Under the pieces are notes generated by a model that was not told the origin of the DNA, did not search any database, and saw nothing but the letters and a program-made list of their open reading frames with translations. A program made the translations under genes and the position numbers. A stretch of DNA of 64,000 nucleotides from an uncultured Chloroflexia bacterium (lineage in GTDB: Bacteria > Chloroflexota > Dehalococcoidia > Dehalococcoidales > RBG-16-60-22). The stretch lies in the NCBI GenBank assembly GCA_963739515.1, contig CAVUAO010000003.1, positions 9,891 to 73,890 of the forward strand, read 5' to 3'. This document shows positions 26,974 to 35,713 of this stretch, piece by piece; the first letter of the stretch is position 1, and each line of letters starts with the position of its first letter.

Positions 26974-28235
26974 TGTTAAGCGTCGAAGAAGCGCTGCAAA
27001 AAATATTAGATGAAGTAGATATGCTGGAGGCGGAATCCGTCCCGATTCTGGAGTCGCTGGGACAGGTGCTCGCCGAGGACGTTAAATCAGATATCAACGT
27101 ACCGCCGCTGGACAACTCCGCTATGGACGGCTACGCGGTGAGGTCGGCGGACACCAAGGGCGCCAGCCCGCAAACGCCGAAATACCTGAAAGTCATCGAC
27201 ACGGTGATGGCCGGCGCCATCTCTAAAAAAGAGGTCGGGCCGGGCATGGCGATACGCATCATGACCGGAGCGCCGATACCGCGGGGTGCCGACAGTATGG
27301 TGCAATTCGAGCGCACCGACGAAGAAAAAAATAAAGACAAAACCAGAGTAGGCGTGCTGGAAGAGATACGCCCCGGACTCAACATCAGGAGAGCGGGTGA
27401 GGATGTCGCGAGGGGAGCCACCGTCCTGAGAAAAGGGACCATCATCAGGCCGTCGGAAATCGGGATGATGGCATCCACTGGCTGCAGCCAAGCCAAGGTC
27501 ATCCGCCGCCCGGTGGTGGCGGTACTTTCCACAGGCAACGAACTGGTGGAACTGGATAACAAACTGCCCGAGGGCAAGATTTACGACAGCAATGCCTACA
27601 GCATCGCCAGCCTGGTCAAGCGCTACGGATGTATTCCTAAAGTGCTGGGAATAGCCCGGGACGACGAGGTCGAGCTGGTCAGCAAGCTCAAACAGGCGCA
27701 GGACGCCGACATGCTACTCACCACGGGCGGTGTTTCCATGGGCGACTACGACATGGTGAAGGACATCATCGCCAGGGACGGCGAGATGGTCTTCTGGCAG
27801 GTGCGGGTCAAGCCGGGGAAACCGTTAGCCTTCGGTAAAATCAAGGGCAGAGATAAAAACGGTAAAGCTAAAAGCATACCGCACCTCGGCCTGCCCGGCA
27901 ACGCCGTCAGCTGCATGGTCAGCTTCGAGCTGTTCGTGAGGCCGGCGCTGCTCAAAATGATGGGCAAAAAGAACATCGCCAAACCGGTCGTGGAGGCAAT
28001 TTTAGAAGACGGCGTCCAGAACGACGCCGGGCGGCGCCTTTACAATCGCGCCATCGTGGCCAAACGCGACGGCCACTACTACGCGCGACTCACCGGACCG
28101 CAGGGCTCGGGAATATTGACGTCAATGTCCCTGGCCAACGGGCTGGTGTTGATACCGGAAGAAAAGCTAAAGCTGAATAAAGGCGATAAGGTCCAGGCGC
28201 TCATGCTGGACTGGAATGAAGAAATAAATATCTAA
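26973..28235 (+). CDS. moeA: Molybdopterin molybdenumtransferase
   Basis: 420 aa. …PPLDNSAMDGYAV…ILSTGNEL…TTGGVSMGDYD…GLPGNAVS… are conserved MoeA motifs. Confidence 0.9.
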   Translation: MLSVEEALQKILDEVDMLEAESVPILESLGQVLAEDVKSDINVPPLDNSAMDGYAVRSADTKGASPQTPKYLKVIDTVMAGAISKKEVGPGMAIRIMTGAPIPRGADSMVQFERTDEEKNKDKTRVGVLEEIRPGLNIRRAGEDVARGATVLRKGTIIRPSEIGMMASTGCSQAKVIRRPVVAVLSTGNELVELDNKLPEGKIYDSNAYSIASLVKRYGCIPKVLGIARDDEVELVSKLKQAQDADMLLTTGGVSMGDYDMVKDIIARDGEMVFWQVRVKPGKPLAFGKIKGRDKNGKAKSIPHLGLPGNAVSCMVSFELFVRPALLKMMGKKNIAKPVVEAILEDGVQNDAGRRLYNRAIVAKRDGHYYARLTGPQGSGILTSMSLANGLVLIPEEKLKLNKGDKVQALMLDWNEEINI

Positions 28236-28250
28236 CGGAACGGGAAAAAT

Positions 28251-28910
28251 ATGCGTTTAATCATATCAATCGTGGGAAAATCCGACGCCGGCAAGACCAC
28301 GCTGCTGGAAAGCCTGATTGCCGAGCTGAAGAGGCGCGGGGTTAAAGTAGCCATCGTGAAACACTCACATCACGCCGACGACCTCGACACCGCCACCAAA
28401 GATACCTGGCGTTTCACCAGGGCGGGCAGCGAGCTATCGGCCATCAACTCCCTCGATAACCTGGCCATTTACCGCCACATGGACCACTACTTCGACCCGC
28501 AGGAAATCGCCCATCTCATCCTCTGGGACTACGACATCATCCTCACCGAGGGATTCAAAGGCAGTCCCTACCCCAAGATAGAGGTCCACCGCCATGAGCA
28601 GGGCGAGGAACTGCTGACCGACCCCAAACAACTCCTGGCGGTGGTCACGGACACGCCGCTGGACGTGAACGTGGTGAATGTGCCGCAATTCTCCCGGGAT
28701 AATATCAGCGGTATCGCCGACCTCATCGAGAAGGAGATAGCGAACCGGCAAGAGACAAACGACGTCGACCTGGTGGTCAACGGCACATACGTGCCGATTA
28801 ATGCTTCACTAAAAGACCTGCTGGCGCGCACGGTCGCGGCCATGATACCTGTCCCGGAGGACGATGGCGAGATAAAAAGCATGCATCTTTCCCTGAGGAG
28901 GAAGGCTTGA
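28251..28910 (+). CDS. mobB: Molybdopterin-guanine dinucleotide biosynthesis protein B with ~55-aa C-terminal extension
   Basis: IVGKSDAGKTTLLESLI (P-loop) …VAIVKHSHH…ILTEGFK. The extra tail is DVDLVVNGTYVPINASLKDLL…. Confidence 0.85.
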   Translation: MRLIISIVGKSDAGKTTLLESLIAELKRRGVKVAIVKHSHHADDLDTATKDTWRFTRAGSELSAINSLDNLAIYRHMDHYFDPQEIAHLILWDYDIILTEGFKGSPYPKIEVHRHEQGEELLTDPKQLLAVVTDTPLDVNVVNVPQFSRDNISGIADLIEKEIANRQETNDVDLVVNGTYVPINASLKDLLARTVAAMIPVPEDDGEIKSMHLSLRRKA

Positions 28911-29638
28911 TATACGAAGCCTCGGACTTTGTATTTAGAGTACCCTCGGTGGTATCCCGGGCGCGGCGCGTCCTGATAAAGCCCAGCGCCTCTTACCCGC
29001 TGCCCTACCCGGTGACCACCAGCGCGGACATGCTGGCGGCCATCATCTCCAGTATCCGGAGGGTGAGCGACGCGGATATCCTCCTGCTGGAAGGGACGCC
29101 GGGGGGCATACCGACCCGCCCGATATACCAGGCCCTGGGCTATAATTTCCCGCGGGTGCTGACACTGGACGTCAAGGACTGTATCTTCGTAGAGGTGGAC
29201 AATCCGCTGCCCAAGCCTTTCGCCATGCCCACCTTCTGGGTGCCCAACGTGATTTTATCCAGCGACTACCTGATAACCGTAGCGCCGATGAAGACATACA
29301 ACGGCTCGGGGAGTTTCAGCATCAAGAACCTGCTTTCGCTGCTGCCGGCCAGCAAGTACCACGGGGAAACACCAAGCGGGTGGGAGAGCCTGTATTCCCT
29401 GGGGATAGATAAAGTCCTGGCCGACCTTTATTTTACCCTTCCTTTCGACATGGGGATAGTCGAGGCGAGGCAAAAATTTGCCGTCAAAGCCGACCCGAGC
29501 GAGGGAGAGGTGGAGGCATACGACAAGGTGTTCCTCGGGGAGCCTTACGAGGCCGACCGGGAAGCGGCGGAAGCGCTGGGACTGAAAATCGGCTATCTCG
29601 AACTGATAAAGTCCGCCAAAGTTGAGCTTGACGCATAA
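28907..29638 (+). CDS. DUF362-like protein
   Basis: 243 aa. …RVLIKPSASYPLPYPVTTSADMLAAIISSI… resembles the DUF362 N-terminal pattern. Its start overlaps the mobB stop. Confidence 0.5.
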   Translation: MIYEASDFVFRVPSVVSRARRVLIKPSASYPLPYPVTTSADMLAAIISSIRRVSDADILLLEGTPGGIPTRPIYQALGYNFPRVLTLDVKDCIFVEVDNPLPKPFAMPTFWVPNVILSSDYLITVAPMKTYNGSGSFSIKNLLSLLPASKYHGETPSGWESLYSLGIDKVLADLYFTLPFDMGIVEARQKFAVKADPSEGEVEAYDKVFLGEPYEADREAAEALGLKIGYLELIKSAKVELDA

Positions 29639-29666
29639 AAAAGAGGGGCTGACGCCCCTTTTAGAC
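29637..29666. terminator. Bidirectional intrinsic terminator candidate (family-1 hairpin) between convergent genes
   Basis: AAAAAAGAGGGGC-TGAC-GCCCCTTTT. The stem is flanked by an A-run and a T-run, so it reads as stem+U-tract on both strands. Confidence 0.5.
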
Positions 29667-29693
29667 ACCCGCAATAATTTTTAATTAATCGTG

Positions 29694-29975
29694 CTAGTAC
29701 TTGACCTGAAAATCCTTGAAATTCCCAACGTAATCGCCCCAATTCACCACGACGTCATCCACCCTGGCGGCCGGCGGACCGGCCTTAAGGCAACCGGCCA
29801 GCTTTTCCAGTCGCGGCCTTTCCCCCTCAGCCCTGACCTCGACGTTATCATCGGGCAGGTTGCACACATAACCGGTCAGGTTCAGCTCCGCGGCGAGACT
29901 CTCCACATAAGCCCGAAAGAAAACGCCGTGCACCCGACCACTAATCGTCGCCTGAAGTGAAGCCAGGTCAGCCAT
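29694..29975 (-). CDS. acyP: Acylphosphatase
   Basis: 93 aa. ISGRVHGVFFRAYVESLAAELNLTGYVCNLPDDNVEV matches the acylphosphatase signature (V.G.VQGV.FR). Confidence 0.9.
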   Translation of the reverse strand: MADLASLQATISGRVHGVFFRAYVESLAAELNLTGYVCNLPDDNVEVRAEGERPRLEKLAGCLKAGPPAARVDDVVVNWGDYVGNFKDFQVKY

Positions 29976-30012
29976 GCAATCGCTCCTGACTTTTTCAGTT
30001 TACCGGAGAGGG

Positions 30013-30171
30013 CTATTCCTCTTCGTCCGGCTGCCTCCCATCCCTCAACTTACCCTTCCTGATTACCTCTACTTCAACCGGCGGGGTGATAATGGTTACC
30101 GGCGGCAATTTTTTAGCTTCCTTTTTACCCTTTTTCTTCTCTCTCTTGCTGTAATCGCCTTGACGACCCAT
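30013..30171 (-). CDS. Small (52 aa) highly basic/acidic-tailed protein, absent from the ORF track
   Basis: ATG preceded by GAGGTG at 7 nt. MGRQGDYSKREKKKGKKEAKKLPPVTIITPPVEVEVIRKGKLRDGRQPDEEE. It fills the gap between rnc and acyP on the same strand. Confidence 0.35.
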   Translation of the reverse strand: MGRQGDYSKREKKKGKKEAKKLPPVTIITPPVEVEVIRKGKLRDGRQPDEEE

Positions 30172-30230
30172 AATAACACCTCACTATCATTATTACAGGC
30201 ACTTTACCAGATTTTAGCAGATAGCGCCGA

Positions 30231-30929
30231 TTACGTAAAGCCCGCACCGAGCTTCTCCAGAGCCGCACGGGCGGCTTCCGTCTCCGCGAGTTTTTTGCTT
30301 TTGCCGGAGCCTATTCCCAGGACTTCTCCGTTAAGGCTGACCTCTATCGTGAACCTTTTGGCATGGTCCGGACCCACCTCCGCCGCCAGATGATATACGG
30401 GAGCCCGCTGATATTTAGCCTGGATGAACTCCTGCAACCTGGTCTTGTAATCGATGCCGGTACCCGGGCTGGCCAGCTTCTGTCGCTCGGAGGCAAAAAG
30501 CTTTTTCACCAAATCTTCCGCCGCGACAATACCACCATCGAGATAGACGGCGGCAATAACCGCTTCCAGGGCCCCCGCCAGATTAGTGCTTTTATTCCGT
30601 CCGCCGGTGGCTTCCTCACCTTTGCCCATATAGAGGAAGTCGCCAAGGCGGATCGACTGCGCCACCCGGGCGAGGGCATCACGGCTTACCAGCGCCGCCC
30701 GGAGACGGGTCATTTCCCCCTCGGCGAGGTCGGGGTAAGCGCGATACAGCTCTCCGGCGACAACAAGACCCAGCACGGCATCGCCCAGAAACTCCAGCCG
30801 CTCGTTATGGCCAGAGACAGCGACGGGGTTCTCGTTAACATAGGAGCTGTGGACCAGCGCCTGCCGGAGGAGGGAGGGGTCATGGAAAGCGCCACCCAGC
30901 GCCTCGTATAAATCAGCGATATCAGACAT
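30231..30929 (-). CDS. rnc: Ribonuclease III
   Basis: …NERLEFLGDAVLGLVV… (RNase III signature) plus a C-terminal dsRBD (…FTIEVSLNGEVLGIGSGKSKKLAETEAA…). An alternative TTG start lies at 30956. Confidence 0.9.
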   Translation of the reverse strand: MSDIADLYEALGGAFHDPSLLRQALVHSSYVNENPVAVSGHNERLEFLGDAVLGLVVAGELYRAYPDLAEGEMTRLRAALVSRDALARVAQSIRLGDFLYMGKGEEATGGRNKSTNLAGALEAVIAAVYLDGGIVAAEDLVKKLFASERQKLASPGTGIDYKTRLQEFIQAKYQRAPVYHLAAEVGPDHAKRFTIEVSLNGEVLGIGSGKSKKLAETEAARAALEKLGAGFT

Positions 30930-31070
30930 AGGTAAACCCCATTTTGATAATAACAATAATGGGTTATATGTGCAGTGTCAAATGGCAGAATGACCCAACC
31001 CCCTTTAGACACGCTGGATTTACGGGTAAGACAATGAAGACGGATTGCCCCGTCTCGAAAGGGGGGATTA

Positions 31071-31099
31071 TTGTCATGTATATAGCTTCATGCTATAAT
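31071..31099 (+). promoter_or_regulatory. Sigma-70 consensus-like promoter of tRNA-Gln
   Basis: TTGTCA (31071-31076), a 17-nt spacer and TATAAT (31094-31099). The mature tRNA 5' end lies 13 nt downstream. Confidence 0.55.
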
Positions 31100-31111
31100 T
31101 TAGCTGTCCAC

Positions 31112-31185
31112 TGGGGAGTCGTCTAGTGGTAGGACAACGGACTCTGGATCCGTATGCGAGGGTTCGAATCCTTCCTCCCCAGCCA
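31112..31185 (+). tRNA. tRNA-Gln (anticodon CUG), CCA encoded
   Basis: Manual cloverleaf: acceptor TGGGGAG/CTCCCCA (U1-A72), anticodon arm ACGGA-CTCTGGA-TCCGT, T arm GAGGG-TTCGAAT-CCTTC, discriminator G, CCA. Confidence 0.9.
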
Positions 31186-31237
31186 ACAAGGTATATATAG
31201 CTTCCCGCCGGCTTCAGTACATCTTCCGGGAATAAGG

Positions 31238-31447
31238 TCAGTCAATCCCTATCATGACGTTGGAAGCCTTGACGATGGCATAAACATCCTTGCCGGGCTT
31301 CAGCCCCAGCCTCTCGGCGGAAGACTTGGTGATTATCGAGACGACTTCCGCGCCGCCGGGCAGCTCCACGATAATTTCCGAGTTGACTGCCCCGTGAGTG
31401 ACCTGTTTCACCTTTCCCTTAAGGACATTGCGCGCACTTATTTTCAT
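31238..31447 (-). CDS. mop: Molybdenum-pterin-binding protein (Mop/TOBE, molbindin)
   Basis: 69 aa. MKISARNVLKGKVKQVTHGAVNSEIIVELPGG…VYAIVKASNVMI is the classic single TOBE domain. Confidence 0.85.
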   Translation of the reverse strand: MKISARNVLKGKVKQVTHGAVNSEIIVELPGGAEVVSIITKSSAERLGLKPGKDVYAIVKASNVMIGID

Positions 31448-31531
31448 ACATCACCTCCGTAAATTTATCATTTTAATTTTAGATAAAAATGAGTTGGCAG
31501 TCTGTAATAAATGTCACAAACAGGATTTTAT

Positions 31532-31987
31532 CTAAAGAAACTCGATGGCCGAGAGCCTTTCCCGGAGCCTGGCGTCCGATACCAGGAGCCGGGAAACGCA
31601 TTCGGGCAATCTGATGCTGCGCAGGGCGGGACTCATTAGAGCCCGGCGCATGTCTACGATATCACTAATGACCGCGGTCAGCAGGAGTGAAAGCGGCTCA
31701 TCGCCGATTTTCGACGCTGGTTTGACGAGGAGATTGCCCTTGTGAGCCAGAGAAACGAGGTCGAAATCCGCCCGGTGGGTGTTTTTGAGCAGGAAATCGA
31801 TACCAGAATTTTTGTCCAGCTGGTATTCGGAAAGAAAATCCTGCACGCCGGCCGCCCAATCGCGGGTCGCCCGCAATGCCCGGTTATGACGCGAAGTACG
31901 ACCCGTCAACCAGTTAAAAAAATCGCAGATTACCCTGAATTTATCCATTGGCCGATTTCGAACGCTACTTGATAAATTCAAAGGCAA
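31532..31987 (-). CDS. Hypothetical protein (no recognisable domain)
   Basis: 151-aa ORF overlapping the end of the upstream membrane-protein gene by 23 nt. An alternative start MDKF lies at about 31948. Confidence 0.45.
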   Translation of the reverse strand: MPLNLSSSVRNRPMDKFRVICDFFNWLTGRTSRHNRALRATRDWAAGVQDFLSEYQLDKNSGIDFLLKNTHRADFDLVSLAHKGNLLVKPASKIGDEPLSLLLTAVISDIVDMRRALMSPALRSIRLPECVSRLLVSDARLRERLSAIEFL

Positions 31988-32585
31988 GTATCATGATATC
32001 GGCGAAATCGTGCTGGAGGGTCTGCAAATCTTCGAATAAAGACTCGTCTTCGTTGACAAGCTTTTCCCTGGCACCGCGCAACAGCGACACCGTAACCCTG
32101 GTCTTATCGTGTATCTCGCCGCCGAGAACGCGGGCATCGGAAAGTATCGATTTATAGTCGGTAGTCAACTTCACGATGACCACCCTCGCTTCTTCCCATT
32201 TATCCACGCTATCGCCGGTATCAGCCGCCTGGCGATACTGCGCCAGAGTCACGACGCTATTTCTCGCCCAGTTATGCAGGCGGTTGACCGCCTTGCCCCG
32301 CTGGTATTTCCTGATGCTGATGAAAAGAATAACCAGGGCGACGACTACCACGAAACCGCTGATAATCTCAGCGTAATCCGTGATAACGGTAAAAATATCA
32401 ACGGCTACCGGGCTTTTACTGATAAAGTCGGCCGCCGAACCTAACACACCTTGGGAATCTCGAAAAGTCCAGATGACGACGATGACCAGAACGATGACCT
32501 GGAATATAAGAAGCGAAAGAAAAAGAGGCAACCACCTGCCGAAAACTGCCTTCATGACCTTTATTATAGCATTATTTATAAACAA
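31965..32585 (-). CDS. Hypothetical membrane protein (two TM helices plus a helical cytoplasmic domain)
   Basis: 206-aa ORF. TM segments are WLPLFLSLLIFQVIVLVIVVIW and IISGFVVVVALVILFI. Confidence 0.55.
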   Translation of the reverse strand: MFINNAIIKVMKAVFGRWLPLFLSLLIFQVIVLVIVVIWTFRDSQGVLGSAADFISKSPVAVDIFTVITDYAEIISGFVVVVALVILFISIRKYQRGKAVNRLHNWARNSVVTLAQYRQAADTGDSVDKWEEARVVIVKLTTDYKSILSDARVLGGEIHDKTRVTVSLLRGAREKLVNEDESLFEDLQTLQHDFADIMILAFEFIK

Positions 32586-32849
32586 GACACATATTTTACG
32601 GGCCCTTGATAAAAATGACTCATGAAAGTGCTAAGGAAATCCCCGATATATAAACGCCGGGACAAGGCAAATATTTATGGATAATTTATCTGTTTTTAAT
32701 GAATATTTATGCTGAGTATATAACCCCAATAGTAAAATTTGATTGTCAAGATTAGTTAGTTACCGTGATGTTTGGCATTATTTGAATAATATCGATGAGT
32801 ATAACAATCCACCGGCAAGTTAGAACGACGAATTAACAGAGGTATAGAC

Positions 32850-35171
32850 ATGGTCCTTGTATTTAACAAAAATAAAAAGCGGATACCGGCAGAGAACAAG
32901 AACAACAGCGATACGGAAATGGAAGAGTACCAGACGAGAATCGGGCTCCTCTGCGATATCGCGGAAGAAGCCAGTTCGATCACCCAGGTATCAACCCTTC
33001 TGGAAAGAATTTTAAAGGTAACCCAGCACAGCCTCGGCTCCTCGATTACCTCCCTGTTCTTGAAAGACGAGGATAAAGCCCGGGTCCACCTGCCGATTAC
33101 GGTCAGCAAATGCGACGATGCGATACGCCGCAAAGCCACCGTCACCGAGTCGGAAATTGCCAGCGTGGTAGCCAGCGACGTCACGCCGCTGCTGATCAAC
33201 AACATTGCCGCGGACGCGCGCTTCAACCCGAAAGGTAAAAAACCTGCCAACTTTGTCATCAGGTCGATTATCGCCGCGCCGATATTGAAAGGCGAAAAAG
33301 TCATCGGCGTCCTGATGGCGGCCGACAGGGAAGACGGCAGCGATTTTTCCGAGCGGGACTTCGAAGTCCTCCAGGGGTTTGCCACGACGGAAGCCCTGAT
33401 GCTGCTGGTATCGCTGGAGAAAACGGCGATCGATAACGTCAACAGCCTGGCGCTCAATAATACGATAGTCGAAGGATACCGGAACACCGTCCACGAGCTA
33501 GCCAGCACCATCGATGTTAAAGACGACCATGTCTACGAGCACTCCCGGCGAGTCAAGGAATACGCCCTGCTGGCGTCCAATCACTTTTCGCTGCCGCCGG
33601 AACAACTGCGGGCCATCGAGTTCGGGGCGCTGCTGCATGACATCGGCAAGATAGGCATCGACAGTGAAATCTTATGTAAACCAGGCCCTCTGACGGACGA
33701 GGAATGGAACATCATGTACGAGCACCCCCAGAAAGGCGCCAATATCTTAAAAGATATTCCCCATCTCAAGGACGCGATGAATATCGTCCTCTGTCACCAC
33801 GAGAGGTACGACGGAAAGGGATATCCGAAACAGGTACGGGGCGAGCAAATCCCCCTGGGGGCCCGCCTGGTGGCGGTCGCCAATGCTTTCGACACGATGA
33901 CGACCGACCACTCCTACCGGGCCGCTTTAAGCGGCGATGAAGCCATGAAAGAACTGATTAACGGCATCGGGACGCAGTTCTGCCCCAAAGCCACCGAGGC
34001 CTTCATCGCTGCTTATAAAAAGTCGCGCGGTAATCTGCCCATAAAGGCAAATCCCCCTGACACAAAGACGAAAGAAAATAAAGAGGCCGGAAATTTAACC
34101 CTAAAAGTTAAGAAAACCGATAAAGAAGCCAAAGCTATAAAAATAAAAGCGGATAAGGAAGCTAAAGAGGCGAAAATCAAGGCCGCGAAGGCAGCTAAAG
34201 AGGCAGAAATCCTCAAGATAAAACAAGCAAAAGAAGCCAAGACTAATACCGAGAAAGAAGCTAAAGAGGCCAAGATTAATGCCGCGAGAAAAGCTAAAGA
34301 GGCGAAAATCAGGGCAGAGAGAGAAGCCAGAGAAGCGAAAGCCCTTAAAACAAAAGCCGAGCAAGAAGCCAAAGAATCCAAGGTTAAAGCGGCGAAGGCG
34401 GCCAAAGAAGCCGAAATCGCCAGAATAAAAGCGCAAAAGGAAGCTCAAAGCGCGCAACAAAACACTCAAAAGCAGACCAAAGAGGCCGAGATACTCAATA
34501 CAAAAGCGGAGAAAGAAGCCAGAGAGACGAAAACTAAAGCACAGAAGGAAGCTCGAGAGGCGGAAATCCGCAGAATTATCGAAGCTAAGGTAGCAAAAAT
34601 CGAGGCCGAGAAAGAAGCCAAAGAAGCGGAAATCAAAGCTGAAGGAGAAGCCAAAGAGGCTAAAATTAAAGCTGAAAGAGAATCTAAAGATGCGGAAATC
34701 CTGAGAACAAAAGCGGAGAAAGAATCCAGAGAGGCCAAAATTACATCCGAAAAGGAAGCTAAAGAGGCCGAAATCCTGAAAATAAAAGCGGAGAAAGAAG
34801 CCAAAAAAGTTGAGAAGGCGGCTCAGGCGCCGAAAGCCGCCCCCGCCATGATAGATAAAGATGTTTCCAAAGGGAACATCCGGCTACTCGTGCCGATCGA
34901 CGCCCACAGCGAGGCAGTGAAGAGGTTCAGCGAGGGCCTGAAAAAGATAGAAGGCGTGAAAATCATTATGCTCAGCCATTCCGAGGAGGACGGCCATTTA
35001 TTCCTGCTGTCACTGGAAAAACCGATAACCCTGATAAGTATTCTCGAAGAAATGCCCGCGGTAGAAAGCGTCAGTAGAAAAAATAAAGCGATTCTGGTGA
35101 CCTTGAAAGAGATACCCAATTTAGAACCCGTCGCCGATACCGTGGAATATATCACCCACAAAGACTGGTAA
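32850..35171 (+). CDS. GAF-domain / HD-GYP-domain protein (predicted c-di-GMP phosphodiesterase) with long K/E/A-rich repeat and unknown C-terminal domain
   Basis: 773 aa. GAF-like N-terminal half. HD-GYP motifs LLHDIGKIGI and HHERYDGKGYP. About 230 aa of KEAKEAxI-type repeats. About 110-aa non-repetitive tail. Confidence 0.9.
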   Translation: MVLVFNKNKKRIPAENKNNSDTEMEEYQTRIGLLCDIAEEASSITQVSTLLERILKVTQHSLGSSITSLFLKDEDKARVHLPITVSKCDDAIRRKATVTESEIASVVASDVTPLLINNIAADARFNPKGKKPANFVIRSIIAAPILKGEKVIGVLMAADREDGSDFSERDFEVLQGFATTEALMLLVSLEKTAIDNVNSLALNNTIVEGYRNTVHELASTIDVKDDHVYEHSRRVKEYALLASNHFSLPPEQLRAIEFGALLHDIGKIGIDSEILCKPGPLTDEEWNIMYEHPQKGANILKDIPHLKDAMNIVLCHHERYDGKGYPKQVRGEQIPLGARLVAVANAFDTMTTDHSYRAALSGDEAMKELINGIGTQFCPKATEAFIAAYKKSRGNLPIKANPPDTKTKENKEAGNLTLKVKKTDKEAKAIKIKADKEAKEAKIKAAKAAKEAEILKIKQAKEAKTNTEKEAKEAKINAARKAKEAKIRAEREAREAKALKTKAEQEAKESKVKAAKAAKEAEIARIKAQKEAQSAQQNTQKQTKEAEILNTKAEKEARETKTKAQKEAREAEIRRIIEAKVAKIEAEKEAKEAEIKAEGEAKEAKIKAERESKDAEILRTKAEKESREAKITSEKEAKEAEILKIKAEKEAKKVEKAAQAPKAAPAMIDKDVSKGNIRLLVPIDAHSEAVKRFSEGLKKIEGVKIIMLSHSEEDGHLFLLSLEKPITLISILEEMPAVESVSRKNKAILVTLKEIPNLEPVADTVEYITHKDW
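34120..34815 (+). repeat. In-frame degenerate coding repeat (11-14-codon K/E/A-rich units) inside the HD-GYP gene
   Basis: …DKEAKAIKIKADKEAKEAKIKAAKAAKEAEILKIKQAKEAK…KAEKEAKEAEILKIKAEKEAKK. Recurring DNA words are GAAGCCAAAGAGGC and GAAGCTAAAGAGGC. Confidence 0.75.
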
Positions 35172-35194
35172 AAACAGCCTCGAGGACAAATCCT

Positions 35195-35713
35195 CTATTG
35201 GATATACTGAACAAGCTGCCGGATATCCCGCGCCAACGGGTCGTCCGGGTTGGACCGAACTATCGATGGAATCTCCGCATCAAGCCGCCGCGGGTCACCG
35301 GCAGGGAAAGATACCGCGCCAGCCATCTCAATACCCAGGCTGCTCTCCAGATATGGCTTGATATCGGCTAAAGATGCGCTGGGCAGGATACCCTCGGGGT
35401 CAACCAGGATGGCGGCCACCTTTTCCAGGGGAATTCCCAGGTAAAGAAGCACCTTGACGATATTCATCGTCTCTGAAATTTCATCGAGTTTACAGCTGCT
35501 GGCCACGATGATAAGGTCGCAACCGGCCAGAAGCGAACTGGCAAAAGGGGTGGGCTTAAACGGAAGGTCAACCAGGAGATAATCGCTCATTTCGCGCAAC
35601 AGTTCAACATTGCCGGGCGACCCGGCGTCATCGATATCCAGCACCAGAGCGACCTGTTCGTCTCGCGCCGAAATCGCGGCGGCAACGTCGGACAAGATAA
35701 ATCTCATGCCCAA
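35195..35713 (-). CDS. ParA/MinD-family-like protein lacking a Walker A motif (possibly N-terminally frameshifted)
   Basis: C-terminal two thirds resemble MinD/ParA/FlhG (…DYLLVDLP…CDLIIVAS…IPSIVRSNPDDPLARDIRQLVQYI). Where KGGxGKT is expected, the sequence is KVVAFISACDDLGMRF. Confidence 0.45.
   Translation of the reverse strand: MGMRFILSDVAAAISARDEQVALVLDIDDAGSPGNVELLREMSDYLLVDLPFKPTPFASSLLAGCDLIIVASSCKLDEISETMNIVKVLLYLGIPLEKVAAILVDPEGILPSASLADIKPYLESSLGIEMAGAVSFPAGDPRRLDAEIPSIVRSNPDDPLARDIRQLVQYIQ

Noticed and set aside
31154-31462. 102-aa plus-strand ORF
   Set aside because: It starts inside tRNA-Gln and runs antisense to the clearly recognisable Mop/TOBE gene.
34013-34804. Minus-strand ORFs (34013-34405, 34101-34469, 34466-34804) inside the K/E/A repeat
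   Set aside because: They are antisense products of a low-complexity GAA/GCC/AAA repeat (giving Phe/Leu/Ser/Ala runs). The plus-strand frame is continuous with the bona fide GAF-HD-GYP domains.
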